A stretch of DNA of 64,000 bases from a virus: the IMG/VR virus record IMGVR_UViG_3300033148_004259, positions 1-64,000 of that record; one strand, written 5' to 3'. Both the position numbers and the translations under genes were made by a program. Below, piece after piece: positions 1 through 8,140 of the stretch (within the stretch, counting starts at the first letter, position 1; every line of letters begins with the position of its first letter). The notes under the pieces are model-generated. The model did no database searches, had not been told where the DNA came from, and was given only the letters and a program-made list of their open reading frames with translations.

Positions 1-17
1 AGGGTGTTAGCCATAGG

Positions 18-914
18 TTATTTTCCTTGGATTTGCTTGCGCCGTCTCCTTACGTACTCTTCGATGGAGAGACCATCGAGAGAACCCGCGTCCGGGAGGT
101 CTCCTCCACCCCCCACGGCGGGCACCGGTTCGGGCGCGTTCGAAGCCTTCTTCTTGGGTTGCCGGGACGAAGCCTTCAACAGACCGCCAATTTTGCCGAT
201 CTGAGCTACCGCAGAAACAGGGTTCCGGCGCGATGCCTCGAAAATATCATCAGCAATGTCCGGATTGGAACCGAGATAGTAAGCCACTTCGTGCGCGTTA
301 TCCAGTTCAGCGATGGTCTCGCGCATCAGATCGTTGAAAAGATCCTGAGCGACTACCTCGTCGTAGTCTTTATAGACCTTTCGGCCTTCCTTGGCCGCTT
401 CTTGAAAGCGGGACTCAAGGCGACTACGCTCCCGAGCCTCTTCATCAGCCTGTCGAGCTGCCTGAATCTCGGCCTTCAGATCTTCGGTAGCTTTCTTTAT
501 GGACTGATCGATGAGAAACTGGGTTCGGGCCAAGCTGTACTCTTCAAACGTATCGAACTGGTCCTCGCGAGGGGGTCCCTTCGCTTTGCTGTCGTAGCGT
601 TCCGGGGGATCTCTTCCCTCCAAGGCAGCCAGTCGACTCTGCATTTTGTCAAGTAGGGCCTGGGCCTTCTCGGCTTTGCGTTCTGCTTCCCGCTGCTTGC
701 GGACTGCTTTGTTGATGCGCCTCTGAACTCCATCAGGAACGTCGGAATCTTTGTCCTGGTCCTGGGATTCGGGCGTGTCTTCGTCCGTTTTGGTCGGGGG
801 CGAAGTTTCGACCGGTCCTCCTGCACCCAGTTCGTCCGAGACATTGAGAGTATCCGGAAAGTCTGCCGCGTCTATAGTCGGGTCCATCCGGTCCTTCTTC
901 TCGGGTTCAGGCAT
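18..914 (-). CDS. Putative head scaffolding protein (298 aa)
   Basis: Highly charged, coiled-coil-like ORF just downstream of portal in the packaging/head operon. AAGGAGG RBS before the ATG at 914. Function inferred from position and composition only. Confidence 0.5.
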   Translation of the reverse strand: MPEPEKKDRMDPTIDAADFPDTLNVSDELGAGGPVETSPPTKTDEDTPESQDQDKDSDVPDGVQRRINKAVRKQREAERKAEKAQALLDKMQSRLAALEGRDPPERYDSKAKGPPREDQFDTFEEYSLARTQFLIDQSIKKATEDLKAEIQAARQADEEARERSRLESRFQEAAKEGRKVYKDYDEVVAQDLFNDLMRETIAELDNAHEVAYYLGSNPDIADDIFEASRRNPVSAVAQIGKIGGLLKASSRQPKKKASNAPEPVPAVGGGGDLPDAGSLDGLSIEEYVRRRRKQIQGK

Positions 915-995
915 AATAGCCTCCTTGTATGTAGCCTGGTGTTAAGCGTCGCCAGTACCGCGCCCTGTGCAAGCCACAGGTAAGCATCGTGCGCC

Positions 996-1331
996 TTACG
1001 GCTCCGTTTTGACGCCATTTGCTCTCATGGTGTCGTAGATGCCGCGAGCTAATTCCCCTCCAATCCGGCGGAGATCGGAGTGAGTGAGGACAAACTGATA
1101 GTCCCCAAGGTTGTTCTTATATCGGTAGCCGTTTTCGGCCATGCTGCATTCCATGAACTCGTGGATCAGAACCTCCAACCGATCCCAGTCGGTAGGAAGG
1201 ATTTTCGTGTCTATTCCAATTTCAGCTTCGAATCCATCAAACCAACCAGCTCCTTCTGGAGACCTGGTCGTAGACTTTTTGACCCGAAACTTTCTCCCGT
1301 CAGCGAGATAAGACTTGGGGAGCTTGAGCAT
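996..1331 (-). CDS. Hypothetical protein (111 aa)
   Basis: GGAGGAGG RBS before the ATG at 1331. Overlaps the portal stop, which suggests coupling. Lies between portal and scaffold. Confidence 0.6.
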   Translation of the reverse strand: MLKLPKSYLADGRKFRVKKSTTRSPEGAGWFDGFEAEIGIDTKILPTDWDRLEVLIHEFMECSMAENGYRYKNNLGDYQFVLTHSDLRRIGGELARGIYDTMRANGVKTEP

Positions 1332-3264
1332 TGGGGGTTCCTCCTCCCTCTGCAGCGGGCAGCTTGAACCCGGCTGCGGCTATGGCTGCGGCGGCCTCGG
1401 CCTTGCTCTTTTCGGCATTATACTGAGCGCCCTTCATACGAGCCTCGGCTTCTCCCACCTTGTACTGGAGGATTGGGTCCTCTTGCTGCTCTTCCTCCTG
1501 TTCCGGGGCGCCTCCCAGACGGGCCAGCATTGCCTGTGCAACAGGCTGGAGCCTCTTCGCGATTTGCTGAGCTCCCGGCCAGTCCATATTCTGGACGAGT
1601 ACGTCCCCGATAAGTAGAAAAATTTCGGAATTGGCCTGTGCGATCTGCATCATCGCATCGACCGCCTCTTCACGCTGCGTGGTGAAGGAAGGACCAGCTT
1701 TCACCACTACGTCGTACTTTCCTACGTCCAGAGCGTTGATCTTCTCCTGACCCTGCTGGACGTTGATTGGAACCAAAGTTTGCTCCCCCTTGATGTCGGT
1801 CACGCGGACCATCCGCTCCGTGTCGTATATTTTCGGGATCAGATCTACGAGAATCTTGCCGGTCCACCGAATGGCACGGGCCAAGTTGTCAATAAACGCA
1901 TAAGTCGCAGTGTCACCCTCACGCTGCCTGAGCAAGATTGCACGTCCGGATGTCTCGTTGGAGCGAGCCCCGAGAGAAGGGTCGTACAGTCCGGTCGTAG
2001 ATTTGATGTGCTCCGAGTTGACCTTAGCCCGTTGTTCAAGGCCTGTGGGTATGCCGGGACCGGATTGCCGCTTCGGCGGTGGCGCGTTCTCGTCATGTTC
2101 GTAGACGAGATACGGGATGGTACGCTTGTGGGCTTCCTTCCAGACCTTCTCGTGACCCCGTATCTGACGGGCTGTGATGATGTACGGAGCGAGCGGGGCC
2201 AGGGCGACCTGTTCGGTAGCCTTGGACTCCCAATAGTTGAACATCTTTTGGGGGTCTTTTGCGTACCGTACAAGACCGCGGATCTTGCGGGCGCCTGCTA
2301 TGTTTAGTTCCTTGCCCCAAACCGGAATAAGCGGAATGTACTTTCCGGCCCACCAGTTTGGACCCTCCAGGATGTCAGCCCCTGATATAACATATTGAAC
2401 TACCTTGAAGGAGTCAACTATTCTGGAGCGCGCAACGGTGGGTCCATCGGGATACTCTTCGCCGGTTATCTCGTCCTGGACCATCTGAGGCTGCTCCGGT
2501 TCGATGTCCGTGACAGTCCCGTCCGAGAGTTGGAAAATGGTCTTCCTCATCGGGACTTTGATCCAGTACCCGGCTATCCGTATCTTGTCGTCTACCCGCC
2601 AATGTGTAAAATCAGCCTGGTCTCCTACGTCTAAGGGGGCGGCGCGTTTTCCAGGGTATCGACTGTTGAACTGCTCTTCGGTCAGGAGCTCGGTAACGAA
2701 CATGTGCATGGCGTCGGAAAGGTTGCGCTTCTGGGCTCCGGCATCCCAATATACACTGAACGGGTTCGGGATGGACTCGACTACAATGTCCTGCTCGAAT
2801 ACGTCGTCGTCTGAATACTCGGTCAGTATCCGGAACCAGCCCCGACCGCAAATAACGGCAGACTCGAAGGCCATGTCGTAGACCTCTTCGGCATCCGATG
2901 TGTACTCGATGTTCCGAATCAAGCCTTCCATGGTTTCGGCCGTGTCGGGATCTGAATTACCATCCACCGGTATGATCTGAATCTGGGGGCGGTTCTGGCG
3001 CTGGTCGCCGACTACCTGATCTACCTTCTCCTGCAGCTTGTTGATGACAAGACATGGGCGTCCTTCCTGTTCCCGCTCCTTCTTTAAGGTATCAGGCCAC
3101 TGATCTCCGTTGTAGAATTTCAGATCGTCCAGGGCATCAGCCCTATTCTCCTTGTCGTTCTCCAAAGCGGCTTCGAACCTCTTGCGGGCCAAGGCCAGAA
3201 AGGCCTGCTTTGTAGCCAGCTTAGACTTCGAGGTAGGTGTGAGCTCTCCCTTTCGTCTTACCAT
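1300..3264 (-). CDS. Portal protein (654 aa)
   Basis: Portal-typical N-terminal motif (DDLKFYNGDQW...EGRPCLVINK). Size and position directly after the large terminase fit. AAGGAG RBS. Confidence 0.85.
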   Translation of the reverse strand: MVRRKGELTPTSKSKLATKQAFLALARKRFEAALENDKENRADALDDLKFYNGDQWPDTLKKEREQEGRPCLVINKLQEKVDQVVGDQRQNRPQIQIIPVDGNSDPDTAETMEGLIRNIEYTSDAEEVYDMAFESAVICGRGWFRILTEYSDDDVFEQDIVVESIPNPFSVYWDAGAQKRNLSDAMHMFVTELLTEEQFNSRYPGKRAAPLDVGDQADFTHWRVDDKIRIAGYWIKVPMRKTIFQLSDGTVTDIEPEQPQMVQDEITGEEYPDGPTVARSRIVDSFKVVQYVISGADILEGPNWWAGKYIPLIPVWGKELNIAGARKIRGLVRYAKDPQKMFNYWESKATEQVALAPLAPYIITARQIRGHEKVWKEAHKRTIPYLVYEHDENAPPPKRQSGPGIPTGLEQRAKVNSEHIKSTTGLYDPSLGARSNETSGRAILLRQREGDTATYAFIDNLARAIRWTGKILVDLIPKIYDTERMVRVTDIKGEQTLVPINVQQGQEKINALDVGKYDVVVKAGPSFTTQREEAVDAMMQIAQANSEIFLLIGDVLVQNMDWPGAQQIAKRLQPVAQAMLARLGGAPEQEEEQQEDPILQYKVGEAEARMKGAQYNAEKSKAEAAAAIAAAGFKLPAAEGGGTPNAQAPQVLSR

Positions 3265-3274
3265 TGCATTCTCC

Positions 3275-4732
3275 TTAGATCATCCAGATGTCCCGGCTTG
3301 GGATATTCTCTGACAAGGGCGGTGGAATGTAGTCGACTGGACCGTCGTTGAAGCTCATATTTCGAAACACGCCTACACAAACGTACTGGAGTGCATCATG
3401 TGGATGCGACCATTTGTTCTTCATCGGGCGAACGCCATACTGGTCGGTGCCTGGTACTTTCGGGTATGCATAACCGCCGACGAAACCGTTTATCAGACGG
3501 ACGCACACGGGGTCTATAACGAGACCGCCATGGCGGTTAATGCGCTGCTGTACCGCGTCGATGCGAACCGTCAGGTTATTCTCTGAGGGCCTCACATCCA
3601 CCTTGCACACGTCGCGCATTAGAGCTGCATTGGAGGTGAATCCGCCCTCGCGGCGACTGTAAGACGTGGAACCTGCCGGGTCGCCCCAATCAACGTAGTA
3701 GGCTCCCGGATACATCGAGTTACAGGACTCGACCACACGGGAAGTAAAGTCTACGATACCCTCGCGGTCGGTCCAGAATTCCCTGAGAACCTCGAATCTG
3801 TGCGGCTCCGGAATCTGCCCCACCACACACGCCGGGCAGTTGCCCGAATTATCCCACCCCCGAAATAGAACATCGCCTTTCCATTCAAGGGGCTCCGAAG
3901 CCACATGTATACTCTTGGAAAAGCCGGTGTAAACCATTCGGCCTTTGACGATGATTCCAGGCTTGCCTTCAACGTACATCTCGACCCAGTCGGGATTGTC
4001 GCGATAATCCTCACGGAGTCGATCATAGTAGTTGGGAGGCAGGTTTGCTTCATTCTCGAATGGAGGCTGCCAAAACCCAACATGGCCCTTTAAAGGCTGA
4101 CCTGACGGGACGGGACCAGGCGGAGGTGTAACCCACGCAAACTGGCTGTACGTATCGTGCTCTACATCAGGTGGGTTAGTCGTCTCGATGCCAAATCGCT
4201 CGGGACACCGACGAGGAAATCGCCCGATGCGGTTCTTCAGAATGCGCTTGACTTCCTCAGCCACCTCGATGCTTTCGTCAATCCAGTAGCCCGTGATTTC
4301 AAGGCTCTTGAACTTGCCGATCTCTTCCGGGCGGTCGCAAGACCGAAACATGGCCTCCACGTTCAACTTTACGCCTTTGTGACGGCCCTCTTCGATCTCC
4401 CACTTCAGAGTGTAAATGTTTTCCTGGCGCCTGAGTTCCCCATGGGGAAACCAGTCGAAGACCGTCCGTTGGGTCGTGTCTCGGAGCTCAGGATAGGTGT
4501 TTCGGAGTATAACCCACCGAGTGTTCCGAATTCCGTATGTCGCCCAAAGGTGGTCCGGGATATACTTGAAGAGTTCGACCGAAGCCCCAGAGGTCTTCCC
4601 TGAGCCAACCGCGCCCACTATACAGCGAATTTCGGCGTTCGACTCGTGGAATTTCTTCAGGGTGGGCAGCGCCCTGTACTCTATTCGGTCCTCAACCGGA
4701 CCGTCAGGAATTGCTCGTAACTGTCGCGGCAT
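3275..4732 (-). CDS. terL: Terminase large subunit (485 aa)
   Basis: Walker A (GAVGSGKTSG), Walker B-like WIDE, and a C-terminal nuclease-like region. Located upstream of portal. Confidence 0.9.
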   Translation of the reverse strand: MPRQLRAIPDGPVEDRIEYRALPTLKKFHESNAEIRCIVGAVGSGKTSGASVELFKYIPDHLWATYGIRNTRWVILRNTYPELRDTTQRTVFDWFPHGELRRQENIYTLKWEIEEGRHKGVKLNVEAMFRSCDRPEEIGKFKSLEITGYWIDESIEVAEEVKRILKNRIGRFPRRCPERFGIETTNPPDVEHDTYSQFAWVTPPPGPVPSGQPLKGHVGFWQPPFENEANLPPNYYDRLREDYRDNPDWVEMYVEGKPGIIVKGRMVYTGFSKSIHVASEPLEWKGDVLFRGWDNSGNCPACVVGQIPEPHRFEVLREFWTDREGIVDFTSRVVESCNSMYPGAYYVDWGDPAGSTSYSRREGGFTSNAALMRDVCKVDVRPSENNLTVRIDAVQQRINRHGGLVIDPVCVRLINGFVGGYAYPKVPGTDQYGVRPMKNKWSHPHDALQYVCVGVFRNMSFNDGPVDYIPPPLSENIPSRDIWMI

Positions 4733-5201
4733 CTTGCTTCTTCTTCTTAATCTTGTCTACGTTATAAGTGATCTTGACCTGAGCCTTGACGTCGTGGTCT
4801 CGCCGGTCCCGCCAGTTGCCGGGCTGTCTGTTTTTGAGCCAAAATATCTGAGCAATGGTGTCCGGTGGAATGACGCGGGTGGAAGACTTGGTTTTGACCA
4901 GATCGAAGGGCTTTCCGGCCCGTTCCCCGACTTCGCGATCCTCTACCACTTCGGTGATCTCGAAACCGGTGGCCCGGCGAAAAAGCGAGTCCCGGACTTT
5001 GGCGTCCGCCTCGGCAGAATAGTTCTCGAACATTTTGTGGAATTCGGCGTTTGAATGCAGAATGGCAAGGAAAGTCCGCTCCGTCAGACCCAACCTTTTG
5101 TAGATTTCTTTGCGGGGTACGCCGTCCAGGAGCCACCACTTGATCTCCTGGAGCCTGGGTTCTATGTGTTCCTCGTAGGAGTACTTATTAGACGTTCCCA
5201 T
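4704..5201 (-). CDS. terS: Putative terminase small subunit (165 aa)
   Basis: N-terminal HTH-like segment (GVPRKEIYKRLGLTERTF). Overlaps the terL start. AAGGAG RBS. Confidence 0.6.
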   Translation of the reverse strand: MGTSNKYSYEEHIEPRLQEIKWWLLDGVPRKEIYKRLGLTERTFLAILHSNAEFHKMFENYSAEADAKVRDSLFRRATGFEITEVVEDREVGERAGKPFDLVKTKSSTRVIPPDTIAQIFWLKNRQPGNWRDRRDHDVKAQVKITYNVDKIKKKKQDAATVTSNS

Positions 5202-5586
5202 GCTTGACTTCTCCTTTGCGTAACCGTGAATTGCTAACGGTGTTGCGTCGTCTTATCGGCTTTCCTGCATCCACCATCTGGCGCCGGGCCTCCAAGAGAG
5301 CCCCAATGATGCCGTACAAATGAGAAGGTTCCATCACGACCAAATCAAACTTGGCCTTTACCTGGCCCCTGAACAGAAGGGCAAAGACCATCCTGATTCG
5401 ATCCCACCAAGACTCCGGTAAGGAGTAGAGTTCTCCGTAGAAACTTACGGATGTAGTGCGGATCTCGTGGTCATAATCGACCTCCATGACCAAGGTGCAC
5501 CCTGGGTCACCACATCCGCACATAAGATGGTACAGTGTGTGGTCCTCACTGATCGGGACCTTTCCGGCCCCCTCGGTAACGCTCAC
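5188..5586 (-). CDS. Hypothetical protein (132 aa), GTG start
   Basis: GAGG RBS 8 nt before the GTG at 5586. Overlaps the terS start by 14 nt, so it sits in the operon. Confidence 0.55.
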   Translation of the reverse strand: MSVTEGAGKVPISEDHTLYHLMCGCGDPGCTLVMEVDYDHEIRTTSVSFYGELYSLPESWWDRIRMVFALLFRGQVKAKFDLVVMEPSHLYGIIGALLEARRQMVDAGKPIRRRNTVSNSRLRKGEVKHGNV

Positions 5587-5828
5587 GCATTTGCCTCACA
5601 ATCGCATCCAGGGCTTCCTTATCCCTGTGCATAGATTCTATAATTCCTTCGAGCCCCTTTATGGCCCTTTCAAGTGGACCGAACGCAGGAGCCTCATGTT
5701 CAAATTCGGGGGGTCTTCTATCAGTGCTTCTCAACGTTGCATCCCGGTGACCCCCCGTGAGGTGGGCCGTGTGGGCACGTCGCCTCTTCTTGTGCCGGGC
5801 TTGACAAAACGGTGAGTTCTTATGGGTA

Positions 5829-5857
5829 ATCTTATACAATTCTCGCCAATTTGTCAA
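5829..5857 (-). promoter_or_regulatory. Sigma70-like promoter facing the packaging genes
   Basis: Minus strand reads TTGACA (5857-5852), a 17-nt spacer, then TAAGAT (5834-5829). It sits immediately downstream of the tRNA at 5875. Confidence 0.45.
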
Positions 5858-5874
5858 ACGTTATACTGCATGTA

Positions 5875-5947
5875 TGGTAGCGGGGTGGAGACTCGAACTC
5901 CAAAGAATCAGGTTATGAACCTGACCGGGACACCTGTCCTCCCCGCG
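5875..5947 (-). tRNA. tRNA with CAU anticodon, initiator-like acceptor stem (73 nt, CCA encoded)
   Basis: Hand fold: CGCGGGG/CCCCGCU acceptor (C1:U72 unpaired, A73), anticodon arm UCAGG-UUCAUAA-CCUGA, T arm UGGAG-UUCGAGU-CUCCA. The D arm is unusually short (GGAC-AGGU-GUCC). Confidence 0.7.
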
Positions 5948-6003
5948 CTGAGACCCAGCGGCAACTCGCGCCCCGACTGGAGTACGGCGCGAGCATGTAC
6001 GCA

Positions 6004-6213
6004 TTATAGACACGTTTCCAAAACGCGTCCGCATTTACGGCATTTGTCGTCGTGTATGATGCCGCCGCATTTACAGAAGTCCACAAACCCGTAGGCCCGT
6101 GGAGTATTATCGTGGTGTTGATAGAGCCATTTCGGATCGACTTCGGAGGCATACTCACATTCGTCGCCTTCCAAGGTCCCTCCTGTCAGTGGCTTTATGT
6201 GCTCTTTGGCCAT
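6004..6213 (-). CDS. Small Cys-rich (zinc-ribbon-like) protein (69 aa)
   Basis: ORF between two tRNAs. C-terminal CKCGG...CRKCG motif. Purine-rich RBS. Confidence 0.55.
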   Translation of the reverse strand: MAKEHIKPLTGGTLEGDECEYASEVDPKWLYQHHDNTPRAYGFVDFCKCGGIIHDDKCRKCGRVLETCL

Positions 6214-6230
6214 TGCAATCTCTTCTTAAC

Positions 6231-6307
6231 TGGTCGGGACGCCCCAATTTGAACGGGGGACCACTCGCTTCCAAGGCGAGTACCCTACCTGACTGGGCCA
6301 CGTCCCG
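6231..6307 (-). tRNA. tRNA-Pro (UGG), CCA encoded
   Basis: Cloverleaf: CGGGACG/CGUCCCG acceptor (C1-G72, as in bacterial tRNA-Pro), anticodon arm CUCGC-CUUGGAA-GCGAG, T loop UUCAAAU. Confidence 0.85.
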
Positions 6308-6315
6308 CATACTTG

Positions 6316-6432
6316 TTAACGGCATCCATGGCAGGATGAGCATTGCTTGCAAACCGTGCCTTTGGACTCGATAAGTGCGATAGGAAACCGCATTGTGGTC
6401 TCCTTCGTAATTTTGGGCTTTTCGTACGACAT
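6316..6432 (-). CDS. Possible 38-aa Cys-rich mini-protein (MSYEKPKITKETTMRFPIALIESKGTVCKQCSSCHGCR)
   Basis: Below the ORF-track cutoff. Two in-frame ATGs are each preceded by GGAGACCA(U/C)A. CxxCxxCxxC tail. Fills the gap between tRNA-Pro and the next tRNA. Confidence 0.3.
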   Translation of the reverse strand: MSYEKPKITKETTMRFPIALIESKGTVCKQCSSCHGCR

Positions 6433-6449
6433 TATGGTCTCCCCAATGC

Positions 6450-6526
6450 TGGGGCCGCGAACCGGATTCGAACCGGTGATCACCGGCTTGAAGGGCCGGT
6501 GGCTTGGACCACTCGCCTACCGCGGC
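6450..6526 (-). tRNA. tRNA, anticodon UUC (Glu) if the loop is 7 nt; atypical
   Basis: GCCGCGG/UCGCGGC acceptor, T arm ACCGG-UUCGAAU-CCGGU, anticodon arm CCGGC-CCUUCAA-GCCGG (C at position 33). The 3-bp D stem resembles class II tRNAs but the variable loop is short. Confidence 0.6.
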
Positions 6527-6530
6527 TGAA

Positions 6531-6605
6531 TGGCTCCCGGAGGAGGACTCGAACCTCCATAGTTCTGGTTAACAGCCAGATGCCTTTCCATTAGGCCATC
6601 CGGGA
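6531..6605 (-). tRNA. tRNA-Asn (GUU), CCA encoded
   Basis: UCCCGGA/UCCGGGA acceptor, G73, anticodon arm UCUGG-CUGUUAA-CCAGA, T arm GGAGG-UUCGAGU-CCUCC. Confidence 0.9.
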
Positions 6606-6680
6606 TGGAACGGGCCTGGGGGATCGAACCCCACACTTCGGCTTGGAAGGCCGATATGTCGCCAACAACACCTTGCCCGC
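6606..6680 (-). tRNA. tRNA-Gly (UCC), CCA encoded
   Basis: GCGGGCA 5' acceptor strand (as in bacterial tRNA-Gly), U73, anticodon arm UCGGC-CUUCCAA-GCCGA, T arm UGGGG-UUCGAUC-CCCCA. Abuts tRNA-Asn with no spacer. Confidence 0.8.
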
Positions 6681-6685
6681 CGGAG

Positions 6686-6817
6686 TTAGCGTTTCTTGCG
6701 CTTTTTGGCCTCCTCGATTTTCCTCAGAGTGCCGTAGATGTAGGCCTTCTTGCGCTTACCCTTCAGGCCCTTCTTCCGGGCCTGTCTGCTTAGGGCGCGA
6801 TGTGCTTTCTTGGGCAT
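6686..6817 (-). CDS. Possible 43-aa highly basic peptide (MPKKAHRALSRQARKKGLKGKRKKAYIYGTLRKIEEAKKRKKR)
   Basis: Below the track cutoff. Clean ATG-to-TAA ORF that ends 5 nt before tRNA-Gly. Weak purine RBS. Confidence 0.4.
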   Translation of the reverse strand: MPKKAHRALSRQARKKGLKGKRKKAYIYGTLRKIEEAKKRKKR

Positions 6818-6876
6818 GTCGTTCTCTCAGGAGGGCTTCTCGATACCGCAGACGCCCTCCCATCCAGGGATTCATG

Positions 6877-7161
6877 TCACGAGTGAGCTCCCGATACGCT
6901 CGAAACCGGAGCAGCCTCCGGCTCCCATCTGTAGGTTTTGAACCAGATTTGCTGGTCGCATGGGTAGAGCTCACCTTCGACACCTCGCATGAGGAAATCC
7001 CCGTACTTGCCATCAAGGGGACCCTCTTTCGTCATCACGCGAAATGGATAGTTCATCTGCACGGCATGTACCGTGACAGGAAGTTTGCGGCAGGGACGCA
7101 TTTTCGAAGTAGCGACTTTCGTGACGTCCCGGCCCATAGAAGTAACAGTTCCAACCTTCAC
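6877..7161 (-). CDS. Hypothetical protein (94 aa), GTG start
   Basis: The GTG overlaps the upstream stop (UAGUG). GGAAGGGGG RBS. Trimmed from track ORF 6877..7269. Confidence 0.6.
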   Translation of the reverse strand: MKVGTVTSMGRDVTKVATSKMRPCRKLPVTVHAVQMNYPFRVMTKEGPLDGKYGDFLMRGVEGELYPCDQQIWFKTYRWEPEAAPVSSVSGAHS

Positions 7162-7433
7162 TACGTACCCCCTTCCAAGGAGAGAAGTTCCTCTAAAGTG
7201 TACTGGCCGACCATATCGGCAAAATTGTACCTGCCCTTCGTTTGTCCGATCTCGCCTTTCTTGCGGCAAACCCGGCAGGTTACAATTTCGGGCACGGTGT
7301 CGCCCATGCCCAGCTCAGTTCGAGTGTATTCGCCACAGTTCCAGCATCTCGAAACGAGGTCGCAATCAGAGTGGACCGGACTGCCGGGAGTGAGACAAGT
7401 GTCTTGGCTGTCGAACTCGTCAAAAATGTCCAT
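7161..7433 (-). CDS. Zinc-ribbon mini-protein (90 aa)
   Basis: CWNC...CRVC motif. GAGGA RBS 9 nt before the ATG at 7433. Trimmed from track ORF 7161..7514. Confidence 0.6.
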   Translation of the reverse strand: MDIFDEFDSQDTCLTPGSPVHSDCDLVSRCWNCGEYTRTELGMGDTVPEIVTCRVCRKKGEIGQTKGRYNFADMVGQYTLEELLSLEGGT

Positions 7434-7676
7434 TGTAGGGTCCTCACGCCAGTTCAGGGGGTCCCCACCCGTATGGGACCCAATGAGAAAACGGGTACGG
7501 AACTGCGAATCCACACGACAGAGGCCGGTGTGATGTGATCATCGGATTCGCCTTGTACGGGCTACAGAGTTCACGGTGTACCCCCCGTACCCCGGGGCTT
7601 TTCTGGGGCACGACGGTGTCGTCCGGACGCTGAGGGCACAGGGACAGAGACAACACCGCCGAAGCCCGTTACTGGC

Positions 7677-7705
7677 AATATGGGGCCTGTTGTGGCTCTT
7701 GTCAA
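7677..7705 (-). promoter_or_regulatory. Sigma70-like promoter for the leftward operon
   Basis: Minus strand reads TTGACA (7705-7700), a 17-nt spacer, then CATATT (7682-7677). Flanked by TTGTGGC repeats. Confidence 0.4.
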
Positions 7706-8140
7706 GGCCGTAGGGCGTACTGTGGCCGTGTTGTGGCCCTGGATAGCAAGCAAAGTGTCCTGTAGCGTGGCTTTTCCCCTCCAGCGAGCCGGAGTGAACT
7801 CCACGTCTTTGAGTCTATTGGCAAGTTTCGCGCCATGCGGATTTCGGCGGTTTTGGACGTTCGACCGGCAAATATTGCCGACCGCCCCCGGCAATTCTTT
7901 CCAAACCCGCGCTGCACGGGCGCTTGAACGGCACTCGACGGCGCTTGACGGGCCTTCAACCCGGCAAAATTTTCCCCTTTTCGCGACAGGCCGAATTTGG
8001 CATGGCACGCGTCAAACGCCCGGCCTGCGGGGGTTTGCGCGGTTTGGCACGAACGGCACGAAAATCGCGCTAATCGCCGTCGAATTCGCAATCGCGATGC
8101 TCGCGATAAGCTCTTTCTCAATCTCTCACTGGAGTCACAA

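Noticed and set aside
5546-5857. 103-aa minus-strand ORF between tRNA-Met and the 5586 gene
   Set aside because: Its TTG start codon is itself the -35 TTGACA of a good promoter. The N-terminal half is Arg/His/Thr-rich noise. At most a short C-terminal peptide (from the ATG near 5632) could be real, so the region is treated as a 5' leader.
6310-6449. A sixth tRNA in the 140-nt gap between tRNA-Pro and the Glu-like tRNA
   Set aside because: There is no GTTCRANNC T-loop and no acceptor pairing on either strand. The gap is better explained by a 38-aa ORF with RBS-like strings.
6643-7533. 296-aa plus-strand ORF across the tRNA-Gly flank and the 6877..7433 genes (also 6756..7016 on the minus strand)
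   Set aside because: It is antisense or out of frame relative to RBS-supported, translationally coupled minus-strand genes. The composition is Arg/Ser/Pro-rich.
7997-8060. Sigma54 promoters at the TGGCATGGCACG and TGGCACGAACGGCACG elements
   Set aside because: The -24 GG is present, but the -12 GC is mis-spaced relative to TGGCAC-N5-TTGC. Only the 10414-10429 copy has correct geometry.
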